From Escherichia phage Ec_Makalu_001, in the sequence record MN894885.1: 64,000 bases of DNA; one strand, 5' to 3'. Shown here piece after piece: positions 18,154 through 26,330 of the stretch; positions within the stretch are counted from its first letter, which is position 1; every line of letters starts with the position of its first letter. The notes beneath the pieces were generated by a model. It did no database searches. It saw only the letters and a program-made list of their open reading frames with translations, and was not told the origin of the DNA. The translations under genes were made by a program, and so were the position numbers.

Positions 18154-18435
18154 TTATTCGTGATTAGTTTCGATATTGTGCATTTTGCACCAGTTCAGCC
18201 AATCGCCAAGATCTTGATAGTTGATGCTTTTATCTGCTGCCATCGTTTTTGTCTTGATACCCATATGTGCGTTATGAGTAAGCATTTTTACAGTGAACTC
18301 AATTTTATCGCCTTTAGCTTTAACATCAACCAGTTTGGTCCACTGGCTACCAGCACCGCGAATGTTCATACCAACGATGTTTCCGATGTATGCTTCTTTG
18401 TTGTTCAGGATTTCGGTTGCTTTGATGAATTTCAT
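18154..18435 (-). CDS. hypothetical protein (93 aa)
   Basis: ORF with RBS and upstream promoter 18111-18139. Confidence 0.45.
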   Translation of the reverse strand: MKFIKATEILNNKEAYIGNIVGMNIRGAGSQWTKLVDVKAKGDKIEFTVKMLTHNAHMGIKTKTMAADKSINYQDLGDWLNWCKMHNIETNHE

Positions 18436-18505
18436 TTTTGATTCTCCAGTTCGTTTCGGTATGGGTGTATTATGCTATGTTCTTACTTTGGTGTCAACAA
18501 CTTTT

Positions 18506-18775
18506 TTAGATATTTTCAGAAATAAATTTTAAAACTTGACGTAAATGTTTCTCATCTTTGATAGTCGCCGGAAGTTCTTCTTTTACTTCCTGTGCAAGAT
18601 AGATATTTCCGTTCCAAGTGAAAGACCCGTCTTCGTTTACGCGATAGCTGAACATCCATTCGCAATCATTTTCGATTTCATATACACACAGAAGGGTGTA
18701 ATCTTCAAAGCTATTGATTTCAAGGTCGAAGCCGTGGCGTTTTGCAAAGTTGGTAGTGGTTTTAGTCAGTGCCAT
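18506..18775 (-). CDS. hypothetical protein (89 aa)
   Basis: ORF with GGAGAATCA RBS and upstream promoter-like motif. Confidence 0.45.
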   Translation of the reverse strand: MALTKTTTNFAKRHGFDLEINSFEDYTLLCVYEIENDCEWMFSYRVNEDGSFTWNGNIYLAQEVKEELPATIKDEKHLRQVLKFISENI

Positions 18776-18901
18776 TGTTTGATTCTCCTAAGTGGTATCT
18801 CGTTTCGATGGGTGTATTATGCTATAGGCGTGATCAGGTGTCAATGCCTTTTTTAAAATTTTATGCAATAAAAAAGCCGACACTAAGGTCGGCTAATAAA
18901 A

Positions 18902-19210
18902 TCATTTAGGCAAATAATCATTCAGTGCAATCCGGTCGGCATGTTCCGGCGTTACATCAATCGCAATCACTTTAACGCGTGCTTTCTTGCGACCTGGGTT
19001 TTCTCGTAACCAGTGCTCATGACCGTGAACATTTTTATACTGCGATGCTTCTTCGAAGGTACGGATCGGACCAGGGTAATCAGCGTAAAGGATCTCTAGG
19101 TCATCGGTGATGTAAAAATATACGTTGTAATTACTGTTCTCTAGCTTAAGCAGAGACTTTCGGAACATTGGGAGATTTTCGCGGGTAAATTCAAAAGTAA
19201 TATCTTTCAT
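18902..19210 (-). CDS. HxHW-family small protein (paralogue A)
   Basis: Start chosen at ATG 19208-19210 with RBS; motif HGHEHW ... VIAIDV. Confidence 0.4.
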   Translation of the reverse strand: MKDITFEFTRENLPMFRKSLLKLENSNYNVYFYITDDLEILYADYPGPIRTFEEASQYKNVHGHEHWLRENPGRKKARVKVIAIDVTPEHADRIALNDYLPK

Positions 19211-19233
19211 AGTATTATCCTCAATAGTTGGAT

Positions 19234-19255
19234 GAAAAGGGGGCTTAACGCCCCA
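19234..19255 (-). terminator. rho-independent terminator (repeat of GGGGCTTAACGCCCC hairpin)
   Basis: Hairpin followed by T-run on minus strand. Confidence 0.5.
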
Positions 19256-19259
19256 TATA

Positions 19260-19547
19260 TTAAAACAGTCCTTCCTGTACACCGTAGTAGAGTTCGTCGC
19301 TGATAATTTCATTAATGCGACGGTGTGCATATTCCTGATTTGCGAAGTTGTCAGCAAGTTCTACTTTAGTTTCACCGTCATGAGTCCATTTAGTGATAAC
19401 TTTACCATCTGCAAATTTGAAGTTGAACTCTTTAGCTACTGCATCGCGTACCAGACGTGCGAACTTGTTGTTACGGATTGCATTATCGGTTTCGTGTGCA
19501 GCGTGAGCAAATTTGTTAACTTTCAGAGTGATAGTGATGTATGCCAT
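19260..19547 (-). CDS. hypothetical protein (95 aa)
   Basis: ORF with GGAGAATCA RBS; hairpin terminator downstream. Confidence 0.45.
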   Translation of the reverse strand: MAYITITLKVNKFAHAAHETDNAIRNNKFARLVRDAVAKEFNFKFADGKVITKWTHDGETKVELADNFANQEYAHRRINEIISDELYYGVQEGLF

Positions 19548-19630
19548 AATTTGATTCTCCTAGTTAGAAAGTGTATCTCGTTTCGATGGGTGTATTATGC
19601 TATACACCCGATCTTATGTCAACACTTTTT

Positions 19631-19909
19631 TTATAAAATAATTTTTTGATATTTTTCTATGATGTTTGTGTAATCCACATCAACCGCTATCACCGTTGCT
19701 TCGAATCCACCGTTTAGCCAATGGCTATGGTCATGATCGTGAAAGAAACCAAGACCAGTACGAAGACCTTCTTTATATTCGGCGCGTACATTTAGATCAT
19801 CATCGATAAACAGATAAAACCATGAATTTTTACTAGGATTGATGATACAACCTTTCAGATTAGGGAGAATATCACGACTAAGAATAAACTTATCACCTAC
19901 TTTGAACAT
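19631..19909 (-). CDS. HxHW-family small protein (paralogue B)
   Basis: Start at ATG 19907-19909 with GAGGA RBS; motif HDHSHW ... VIAVDV. Confidence 0.45.
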   Translation of the reverse strand: MFKVGDKFILSRDILPNLKGCIINPSKNSWFYLFIDDDLNVRAEYKEGLRTGLGFFHDHDHSHWLNGGFEATVIAVDVDYTNIIEKYQKIIL

Positions 19910-19913
19910 AATA

Positions 19914-20234
19914 TTAGTCCTCACTTATAAGGTCAAACCAATTGTTTTTCGCATAATGCTTAATGCGTGCTTGATCTGCTTCCGCTGGTGATAGATTCCA
20001 TGCAACCACTACAACTTCTGACGCGTCGTCATCCGTTTCTGATACCCAATGATTGTGATTCATACAGTTATTTGCGATCGAGTGAGCAAATGATTTCATC
20101 ACTGGAGACGTATAATCATAGTAACGGATTTTCAGATTTTCATCAACATACAAGTAGATCGTATAAGGTTTATATTCAGTAACCAGTAACAGACAGTTAC
20201 GCAATTCTGGGAAAATCTTTTTAGTTAATTTCAT
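19914..20234 (-). CDS. HxHW-family small protein (paralogue C)
   Basis: Start at ATG 20232-20234 with GAGGA RBS; motif NHNHW ... VVVVAW. Confidence 0.4.
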   Translation of the reverse strand: MKLTKKIFPELRNCLLLVTEYKPYTIYLYVDENLKIRYYDYTSPVMKSFAHSIANNCMNHNHWVSETDDDASEVVVVAWNLSPAEADQARIKHYAKNNWFDLISED

Positions 20235-20235
20235 T

Positions 20236-20454
20236 TTATAATCCTCGGTCGCGGCTATAGTACACGGTACGCCATACAATTTCATGTTTCGTGTCGCTCC
20301 AGCACACGATCTCATTTACTCTTAAATCTTTGTTATCAACAAAAGATGAACATTGTGACGCTTCTTTCATCATTTTATCTGCTGTTTTCTCATCAAATAC
20401 AGCACAGATTTCTTTATACACTCGATAATCTTTGAATTGACTCTGGATACCCAT
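20236..20454 (-). CDS. hypothetical protein, paralogue of 20414-20671
   Basis: Shared pattern QFKDYRVYKEICAVFDEKTADKMMKEASQC vs KFKDYKAYQQILRVYDAEFAEKMMEDASKC; start assigned to internal ATG. Confidence 0.35.
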   Translation of the reverse strand: MGIQSQFKDYRVYKEICAVFDEKTADKMMKEASQCSSFVDNKDLRVNEIVCWSDTKHEIVWRTVYYSRDRGL

Positions 20455-20671
20455 AATTAACACCATTCCAACCAATTGTTTTTGAGAAAACGTTTATCCA
20501 CTGTTGAGTGTAGCATGTTTCTTTCCATGATACAATACGAGTAGAATAATGGTTTTTGTTTCCAGAAAAGGACGGGCATTTTGATGCATCTTCCATCATC
20601 TTTTCGGCGAACTCCGCGTCATATACCCGCAGGATCTGTTGATATGCTTTATAATCTTTAAATTTGCTCAT
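20414..20671 (-). CDS. hypothetical protein, paralogue of 20236-20454
   Basis: 85-aa ORF; tandem paralogue pair. Confidence 0.4.
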   Translation of the reverse strand: MSKFKDYKAYQQILRVYDAEFAEKMMEDASKCPSFSGNKNHYSTRIVSWKETCYTQQWINVFSKTIGWNGVNYGYPESIQRLSSV

Positions 20672-20936
20672 AATTGTTAACTACCTTATCAGCTTCTTTT
20701 ATTGTTTTTACATCAACTGCGATAATCCGTAAAGGTTCGTCGAAGGTCCACCAGTGGTCATGAATATCAGCTTGTGATTTATCACCAAAGGAATCACGAA
20801 TATCATTTTTACATTTATAGCTAATATGGCCTTCATAGTCAACATAAAGGTAATTATCGAAAATCGGCGTTTTTAAGATCATACCGAAAAATCTTTCTTT
20901 GTGTGTCTTATCCAGTGTTGCAGTAATTCGCATCAT
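20658..20936 (-). CDS. HxHW-family small protein (paralogue D)
   Basis: 92 aa; motif HDHWW ... IIAVDV; GAGGA RBS. Confidence 0.45.
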   Translation of the reverse strand: MMRITATLDKTHKERFFGMILKTPIFDNYLYVDYEGHISYKCKNDIRDSFGDKSQADIHDHWWTFDEPLRIIAVDVKTIKEADKVVNNYEQI

Positions 20937-20948
20937 AATATATTCCTC

Positions 20949-21128
20949 TTAGAAAGGGATGGTCATTTCTTGAGCTTGTACATTCTCGTTAGGATTAAAC
21001 TTCATCCAACCGATATTGTCTACCAGCATATGTACATTTTTATCATATCCTACGTGAGTAGTCAACACTAAATGTGCTTTGCCTTCAACGATGATTTCCA
21101 TGTACTTCTGAACTTCGATAGCTTTCAT
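20949..21128 (-). CDS. hypothetical protein (59 aa)
   Basis: Manual ORF below track cutoff; GGAGAATCA RBS; promoter-like motif upstream. Confidence 0.3.
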   Translation of the reverse strand: MKAIEVQKYMEIIVEGKAHLVLTTHVGYDKNVHMLVDNIGWMKFNPNENVQAQEMTIPF

Positions 21129-21192
21129 TTTGATTCTCCGTTTGTTTTCTTGATGGGAGTATCTTACTACTCCCTTTAATCATTGTCAACTA

Positions 21193-21360
21193 TTATTTGT
21201 TAATTTCTGGTGCGTTGCTCGGATAGTAACCTTCTTTAACACCCAGATATTTTGCAACCATTCCGGTGATCTTCTGTGCTACTACGATATCGAATTTCAG
21301 GTAGTCTTCACCGTGGTTTGCTACAATGTATGCTTCGCATTCTGCTTTAGTCTCGAACAT
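21193..21360 (-). CDS. hypothetical protein (55 aa), duplicate copy B
   Basis: MFETKAECEAYIVANHGEDYLKFDIVVAQKITGMVAKYLGVKEGYYPSNAPEINK; start at ATG 21358-21360 with GGAGAATCA RBS; promoter 21395-21423. Confidence 0.45.
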   Translation of the reverse strand: MFETKAECEAYIVANHGEDYLKFDIVVAQKITGMVAKYLGVKEGYYPSNAPEINK

Positions 21361-21394
21361 TTTTGATTCTCCTATATCTCGTTGGTATGTGTGT

Positions 21395-21423
21395 AGTATA
21401 GGGGATCTGCGATCCCCTGTCAA
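21395..21423 (-). promoter_or_regulatory. early sigma70-like promoter, palindromic spacer (TTGACA-GGGGATCGCAGATCCCC-TATACT)
   Basis: Minus-strand; upstream of duplicate copy B. Confidence 0.5.
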
Positions 21424-21428
21424 CAACT

Positions 21429-21723
21429 TTATAATGCTTTATACGCGTATTTCATAAATTTGTCTGCCACTTCATTGGCATGTTCAGATTCTACGCCTGA
21501 TTCGAGAACAATAGCTAGGTCGGTTTCGTCATTCCCGCCGTACCAATGATTTGATGTTCGATTTTTTTCAATTGGAAATTGGTCACTTTTATCTGTGCGA
21601 CAAAATACATCTAAATGCTCGTCGATGTAAAAGATCCAATCTTCATAAAGAATAACGGTATTAGCAAGATTTTTATTGCCTTCAACGAAAGGTTCCGCGA
21701 CAAATAGCTTAGTTTGTTCCATA
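21429..21723 (-). CDS. HxHW-family-like small protein (paralogue E, divergent)
   Basis: Motif YIDEHL ... SNHWYGG ... LAIVLE; start at ATG 21721-21723 with GAGGA RBS. Confidence 0.35.
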
Positions 21724-21738
21724 GTAATTTCCTCAAAA

Positions 21739-21930
21739 TTATACAGTTTCGTAAACTTCCCAATGTTCAGCGCCAACACGCTTAACGAAAAGGTTTTCTT
21801 TGATGTTATTCATAAACGTCTGGATGGATTTAATGCGGTTTGAAGGTTTCCATTCTTCGTTGGCATTGCGTCGATACATCATAACATTACCAGTTCGCTT
21901 ATATTCAGCAACCATTTTAAGACCACACAT
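21739..21930 (-). CDS. hypothetical protein (63 aa)
   Basis: ORF with GAGGA RBS. Confidence 0.3.
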   Translation of the reverse strand: MCGLKMVAEYKRTGNVMMYRRNANEEWKPSNRIKSIQTFMNNIKENLFVKRVGAEHWEVYETV

Positions 21931-21987
21931 AATATTATCCTCAATTTGTGGGAGAGTATTACCCCTCCCAATGATTGTTATGTTATA

Positions 21988-22308
21988 TCACACAAAATGG
22001 CGTGTCAATGCTTCTTTTGCGGTTCCGCTAAGACTTTCAATCTCGCCTGGCATAACATCAACCGCCAGAACTTCTACAACATCTTCGGACCCTAACCAGT
22101 GAGTATGGCCTTTGTAGAACTTGATAACCAGACCACCTTCCTCGTCCCATTTAACGCTATCGCTAGCCCACCACACATCACCGTCGATAAAGTTGATGTA
22201 AAGCACACTACGCCACATTGAATTAATTACTTTCAATACTGCGCCTTTCATCTCTTCCACGGTATGGTCTTCCATTTTGAAGACCTCACCTACCTGAACT
22301 TTTGCCAT
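21988..22308 (-). CDS. HxHW-family small protein (paralogue F)
   Basis: 106 aa; motif GHTHW ... VLAVDV; GAGGTGA RBS. Confidence 0.45.
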   Translation of the reverse strand: MAKVQVGEVFKMEDHTVEEMKGAVLKVINSMWRSVLYINFIDGDVWWASDSVKWDEEGGLVIKFYKGHTHWLGSEDVVEVLAVDVMPGEIESLSGTAKEALTRHFV

Positions 22309-22325
22309 TTAGTCACCTCTCTTTA

Positions 22326-22505
22326 TTACATAACAATCACGCCAGCCGTTGAAAGTTGATGTTTCAACTGAGCATTTTCTGCTACCGTCAAATCAATGAT
22401 TTCTTGTGACGCTGCAATCATATATCCATTGGTGATATTGTTTTGCATCAGTTCAATGGTCTCTTCGTTGTAGCGGATTTTAGCGATGATTTCGTTGAAG
22501 TTCAT
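22326..22505 (-). CDS. hypothetical protein (59 aa)
   Basis: Manual ORF below track cutoff; promoter 22540-22569 and GGAGAATCA RBS. Confidence 0.3.
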   Translation of the reverse strand: MNFNEIIAKIRYNEETIELMQNNITNGYMIAASQEIIDLTVAENAQLKHQLSTAGVIVM

Positions 22506-22539
22506 GTTTGATTCTCCTAGTTCGTTTCGGTATGTGTGT

Positions 22540-22569
22540 ATTATAGGGGAGTTTAACCTCCCCTGTCAA
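22540..22569 (-). promoter_or_regulatory. early sigma70-like promoter, palindromic spacer (TTGACA-GGGGAGGTTAAACTCCCC-TATAAT)
   Basis: Minus-strand; 18-bp inverted-repeat spacer. Confidence 0.5.
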
Positions 22570-22577
22570 CAACTTTT

Positions 22578-22889
22578 TTAAAGTTTTTCCATGATAACGG
22601 TCATAATTACATCTTCTGCGCGAGCGGTCAGATTATCAGCGTCAGTATGTGGGCGGTTGGTTGTTACAGAGATAACACCGTTGCGCACTGGTTTGATATT
22701 GATATCAAGATGATCCGCGAAACGTTCGCCAGTTACAGAATGAATTTTGGTGTTAAATTCTTTTGCCAGTGCCTTGCGAACTTCACGAATCAGGATAGCG
22801 TTTTTCAGTTGGTTCTCCGCGCTCATGGTCTTCTGAGTGTTCATGGTTCCGTCGAAGTCAATCATTGGCAGCGTTACGATGTATTTCAT
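22578..22889 (-). CDS. hypothetical protein (103 aa)
   Basis: ORF with GGAGAATCA RBS; promoter 22935-22963. Confidence 0.45.
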   Translation of the reverse strand: MKYIVTLPMIDFDGTMNTQKTMSAENQLKNAILIREVRKALAKEFNTKIHSVTGERFADHLDINIKPVRNGVISVTTNRPHTDADNLTARAEDVIMTVIMEKL

Positions 22890-22934
22890 TTTTGATTCTC
22901 CGTTTAAGAAAGTGTGTTTCGTTTTGATGTGTGT

Positions 22935-22963
22935 AGTATAGGGGATACGTGATCCCCTGTCAA
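22935..22963 (-). promoter_or_regulatory. early sigma70-like promoter, palindromic spacer (TTGACA-GGGGATCACGTATCCCC-TATACT)
   Basis: Minus-strand; upstream of 103-aa gene. Confidence 0.5.
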
Positions 22964-22976
22964 CAACTTTTTTGAA

Positions 22977-23453
22977 TTATTTTTCTTGATGCTCGCGCTC
23001 GTACTTTTCGAAATAAAATTCTACTGGCTGGTCATGAATTGACAGCAAGCCAAAGCGTTTAGCCGCTCGCAATCCCATATTGCGCTGAATGTACTTCTGG
23101 AAGTTCTCGCGTATACACTTACGCCAGTATTCTAAGCCCATACAGCTTTTATAAAGATTGCATTGCACACACGCCGGATTCATGTTATCAAGTATATCAT
23201 GCTCCGGTTTATGCATTCCTACAACCTTATACTTCCACGATCCATCATCGTTACGGGCAATGCGACCATTTTCATCATAGACTACTTTTGAGCGTCGTAA
23301 TACTGGTTTGATGTGGTCTGCGTGCCAGCGATCCCCTAGTTCCTCACCACAATAGGCACAACGTCCACCGTATTTCATTTTCAGGATCTGGCGTTGCTCT
23401 TTCTTTGACAATTTTTTAGGTTTAGGGGCTTTCGCCCCTTCATTATCACACAT
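22977..23453 (-). CDS. HNH endonuclease
   Basis: 158 aa; CAYCGEELGDRWHADHIKPV ... N ... CVQCNLYK (Cys4 / H-N-H pattern). Confidence 0.6.
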   Translation of the reverse strand: MCDNEGAKAPKPKKLSKKEQRQILKMKYGGRCAYCGEELGDRWHADHIKPVLRRSKVVYDENGRIARNDDGSWKYKVVGMHKPEHDILDNMNPACVQCNLYKSCMGLEYWRKCIRENFQKYIQRNMGLRAAKRFGLLSIHDQPVEFYFEKYEREHQEK

Positions 23454-24948
23454 CGAATACCTCTTTTACTGTATTTGCAGTGGTCTTGTCGTAGCGAATA
23501 CGTTTGATGATTGGGAGAAATAAAGAGAACTCCGGTTCATCTTCTTTACGTGATTTGCTGCGAATGTACCCGTTGCATGTCATCTCAATGACTTTTCCAA
23601 TCAGGTTATGACGGTCAGCCCATAACATTTCTCGGTCGAGTTCATTTCGACGATCGAACGGAATTACACGTTCAATACCATCATCATCTTTTTCGGTTGT
23701 GGTGTCGGTCAATCCCGATCCGGTGTTAGTCGTCATTCGTCCGCACGCACTACGGACAGTAAAACCGCCTACCTTGTTAGGATCTTTACTATGCGGATAT
23801 ACATCAACAATTTCCGCGTCGAAGTCAATCACTTCTTTAAATTTAACCTGATCTTTACTGCGACGATCTTCAAATACACCATGTAAATTTTTAAGGATAA
23901 TACCTTCCAATCCCATGTTTACATAGCGATGATATACTTCGCGAGCTTCATCGATATTGTTAACTACAGTGTTTTCGATTATCTGAACACGAGGATCGTT
24001 AAGTTCTTCAACAATCTGTTTTAGTTCTTCGAATCGATCTTTATATTGCTTCGTTGCTTTCTCGTTTCCGTAATACACATCACGGTCGATAACATCCCAG
24101 ACAGTGTAAACAATACATTGGGCTTCTTCTTTTGGAATAGTTCCTTTCAGTGATTTGTTGAGGATACCATTTCCGGTCTGACGGTCTGCAACAACGGATT
24201 CTTTCACTGCTTCCGCTACTGGCGTTAATGGCATTTCCTCTTCTTCAAATATCCATGATAGAGTACCATCATAAACGCTCTCAACGAAGTTCTGCGCTGG
24301 TGTTTGAGAAAGGGTAGGCATATATACCAACTCACCATCTAAAACAATTCCACGGCCTCGTAGACGCTCTAAAACAGCAAACAAATCATCCAGCCCCTGA
24401 TAGGTATTACCTGAACGGGTATAGATTGCTAATGTTTCTCCGTCAATATCAGCCATACCACGAGCGCCATCGCTTTTAAGTTGTGCATACGCCGGATATT
24501 TGATATTGGCAATAGTCTTATCAGAACATGACGATGCAAGGTGGCAAGGTTGCTGAGGAATCAGCTTCTTCCATACCTTGTTTGCGGTGGTAGCGGAACA
24601 ACCGCATTCCAGATCACGATTCAGGACCATCATTGCAACTTTAGCATCATCTTCTGACAAGCAAGTCAGAGTATCGGTAACTAGCTGTAATGCAGCATTA
24701 CCAGTTACTTGACGCGTGGCAAGTTTATTTTTAAAGACCTGTAATGCACCGGATAAAGACAATACAGACGAATAGCGAGACGGTTTATCGTATTTCTTTA
24801 CGCCAAACGTAACCTGCTTGCAATATGCCAGATAAAAGCATTCTTTCAGCGTTTCATTGCTTGCAGATTCTTTCAGGATCTTTTCTTTCAGCGATGTTTT
24901 GTCAGTGGCTGCAAGCTGATTAATGATATTAAGAATTGACATTTTCAC
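23446..24948 (-). CDS. 30: ATP-dependent DNA ligase gp30
   Basis: 500 aa; similarity to T4 DNA ligase incl. FPAYAQLKSDGARG (KxDG adenylation motif) and DGELVY. Confidence 0.9.
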   Translation of the reverse strand: MKMSILNIINQLAATDKTSLKEKILKESASNETLKECFYLAYCKQVTFGVKKYDKPSRYSSVLSLSGALQVFKNKLATRQVTGNAALQLVTDTLTCLSEDDAKVAMMVLNRDLECGCSATTANKVWKKLIPQQPCHLASSCSDKTIANIKYPAYAQLKSDGARGMADIDGETLAIYTRSGNTYQGLDDLFAVLERLRGRGIVLDGELVYMPTLSQTPAQNFVESVYDGTLSWIFEEEEMPLTPVAEAVKESVVADRQTGNGILNKSLKGTIPKEEAQCIVYTVWDVIDRDVYYGNEKATKQYKDRFEELKQIVEELNDPRVQIIENTVVNNIDEAREVYHRYVNMGLEGIILKNLHGVFEDRRSKDQVKFKEVIDFDAEIVDVYPHSKDPNKVGGFTVRSACGRMTTNTGSGLTDTTTEKDDDGIERVIPFDRRNELDREMLWADRHNLIGKVIEMTCNGYIRSKSRKEDEPEFSLFLPIIKRIRYDKTTANTVKEVFDV

Positions 24949-25408
24949 CTCGTTTTGTTAAACGTTCACGAATATCGTTTAGGATACTACAAAATTCCGA
25001 TTCGGTCAATATGGTCTTTAACGGATCAGTTCCACCTATGCTATGACGCAATTTCTTATTTCCGGTAGCGAGCAATGCTTTACAAAAATCTGGGTTATTT
25101 CGTGCCATCGTAACAAATGCCAGATGTACCAGTCTGTAATAATGCTCACTCATTCGATGAATCGGGCGACCCTGAAAATATAGCATGTGATTCTCTATCT
25201 TTTCAGTCCTTCCGGTTCTTTTTGCTTTGCAGCCGTGCATCAAAAAGATTTCTCTTTGTCTCTGAGGGTTCTTAAATCTTAGCCCCTGTAAAAATCCTTC
25301 TGTGCTGTTAATATCGCAACCAAATAGACGGAATGGCCTTTTATTGAAATTACTCAACTCGCCAGATGGATAAGGTCCACCCGCATAGATATCAATTTCA
25401 GAAGTCAT
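24929..25408 (-). CDS. NADAR / YbiA-like domain protein
   Basis: 159 aa; pattern resembling E. coli YbiA family (SNF...F, EGFLQ, ALLATGNKKL). Confidence 0.45.
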   Translation of the reverse strand: MTSEIDIYAGGPYPSGELSNFNKRPFRLFGCDINSTEGFLQGLRFKNPQRQREIFLMHGCKAKRTGRTEKIENHMLYFQGRPIHRMSEHYYRLVHLAFVTMARNNPDFCKALLATGNKKLRHSIGGTDPLKTILTESEFCSILNDIRERLTKRGENVNS

Positions 25409-25562
25409 TGAAACTAATCTCGCTAATCAGAGAGAACGGATCATAATCGTCATGAGGAATATCGATAGTAATCGAGTGAGGATTTACCCATACACCAAAC
25501 TGGTCTTCTTCGGTGAATACTTCGGTATGGATTTCGTGGATGTTTACATTCATAGTTTTCAT
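25398..25562 (-). CDS. hypothetical protein (54 aa)
   Basis: Manual ORF below track cutoff; AGGAA RBS; overlaps start of downstream NADAR-like gene. Confidence 0.3.
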   Translation of the reverse strand: MKTMNVNIHEIHTEVFTEEDQFGVWVNPHSITIDIPHDDYDPFSLISEISFNDF

Positions 25563-25645
25563 AATAAAAATTCCTTAATAATCAATAACTTACAAAATCA
25601 TATAGCCAAAATATAGGCGGGATTATTTCCCGCCGTTTAAACTCA

Positions 25646-25969
25646 TTAACCGTAAACTACCACAATATTCTGTTTGTGTGTTACAGTCCATTTCAGGTCG
25701 ATCTCTTCTTCCTTCTTAACGCCGTTAATAACGTCTGGATGAGGAACTTTATTCATCTTGCCGTGTGGCAGTAGAACAGTTTTACCCAGCAATTCTTTAT
25801 CTACAGTTTCACCAATATCAATAATCTTACCTACCAGCGGAATCTCGCCCATAGTGCGCTTTTGCTCAATAATGATCCCCATAGAGCTTTTTACTTCGGT
25901 TCCTGCGCTTTCTGCTTTAGCTTCGATAATTACATAATCACCAAGTGCTTTAGGAGTTTTAACGGTCAT
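25646..25969 (-). CDS. 31: co-chaperonin gp31 (GroES-like)
   Basis: 107 aa; similarity to T4 gp31 (GDYVII, VPHPDV); synteny with cd and pseT. Confidence 0.75.
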   Translation of the reverse strand: MTVKTPKALGDYVIIEAKAESAGTEVKSSMGIIIEQKRTMGEIPLVGKIIDIGETVDKELLGKTVLLPHGKMNKVPHPDVINGVKKEEEIDLKWTVTHKQNIVVVYG

Positions 25970-26009
25970 AATTTCTTACCTCTTCAAATCAATACAGTTT
26001 AATGATGAA

Positions 26010-26330
26010 TTATTTATAAATTTCGACGATCTGCGCTGGAGTCAGCCCGTCTACATTAATCAGACTATCAAGCCCAAAACTACGGAAACCTTCAACTGCA
26101 ATTTCATATACTGGCAAAGATGTTTCTGATTCTTTACGCGGTTTTTCTACATTAGGAACTAACCATTTTTCGTATGTTTCAAAAGGCATCAGTACCGGAT
26201 CTCGCGTGGCGATCATCTCGCGGACAGTACCATCTTTCTTAGTAAACTGCAAAGAGTGAGTACCGACCGAAAACATTTTCTTTAGTGCTTCACGAAGTGC
26301 GATAATATCAATTTGTTCAGTCATTATCAA
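26010..26330 (-). CDS. hypothetical protein (106 aa; 31.1 position)
   Basis: ORF between cd and 31. Confidence 0.4.
   Translation of the reverse strand: MIMTEQIDIIALREALKKMFSVGTHSLQFTKKDGTVREMIATRDPVLMPFETYEKWLVPNVEKPRKESETSLPVYEIAVEGFRSFGLDSLINVDGLTPAQIVEIYK

Noticed and set aside
15700-22970. Possible CRISPR array suggested by recurring ~30-50 bp motifs
   Set aside because: The repeats are promoter/leader cassettes separated by protein-coding genes of very different lengths, not short uniform spacers, and each repeat contains -35/-10 elements followed by an RBS and ATG.
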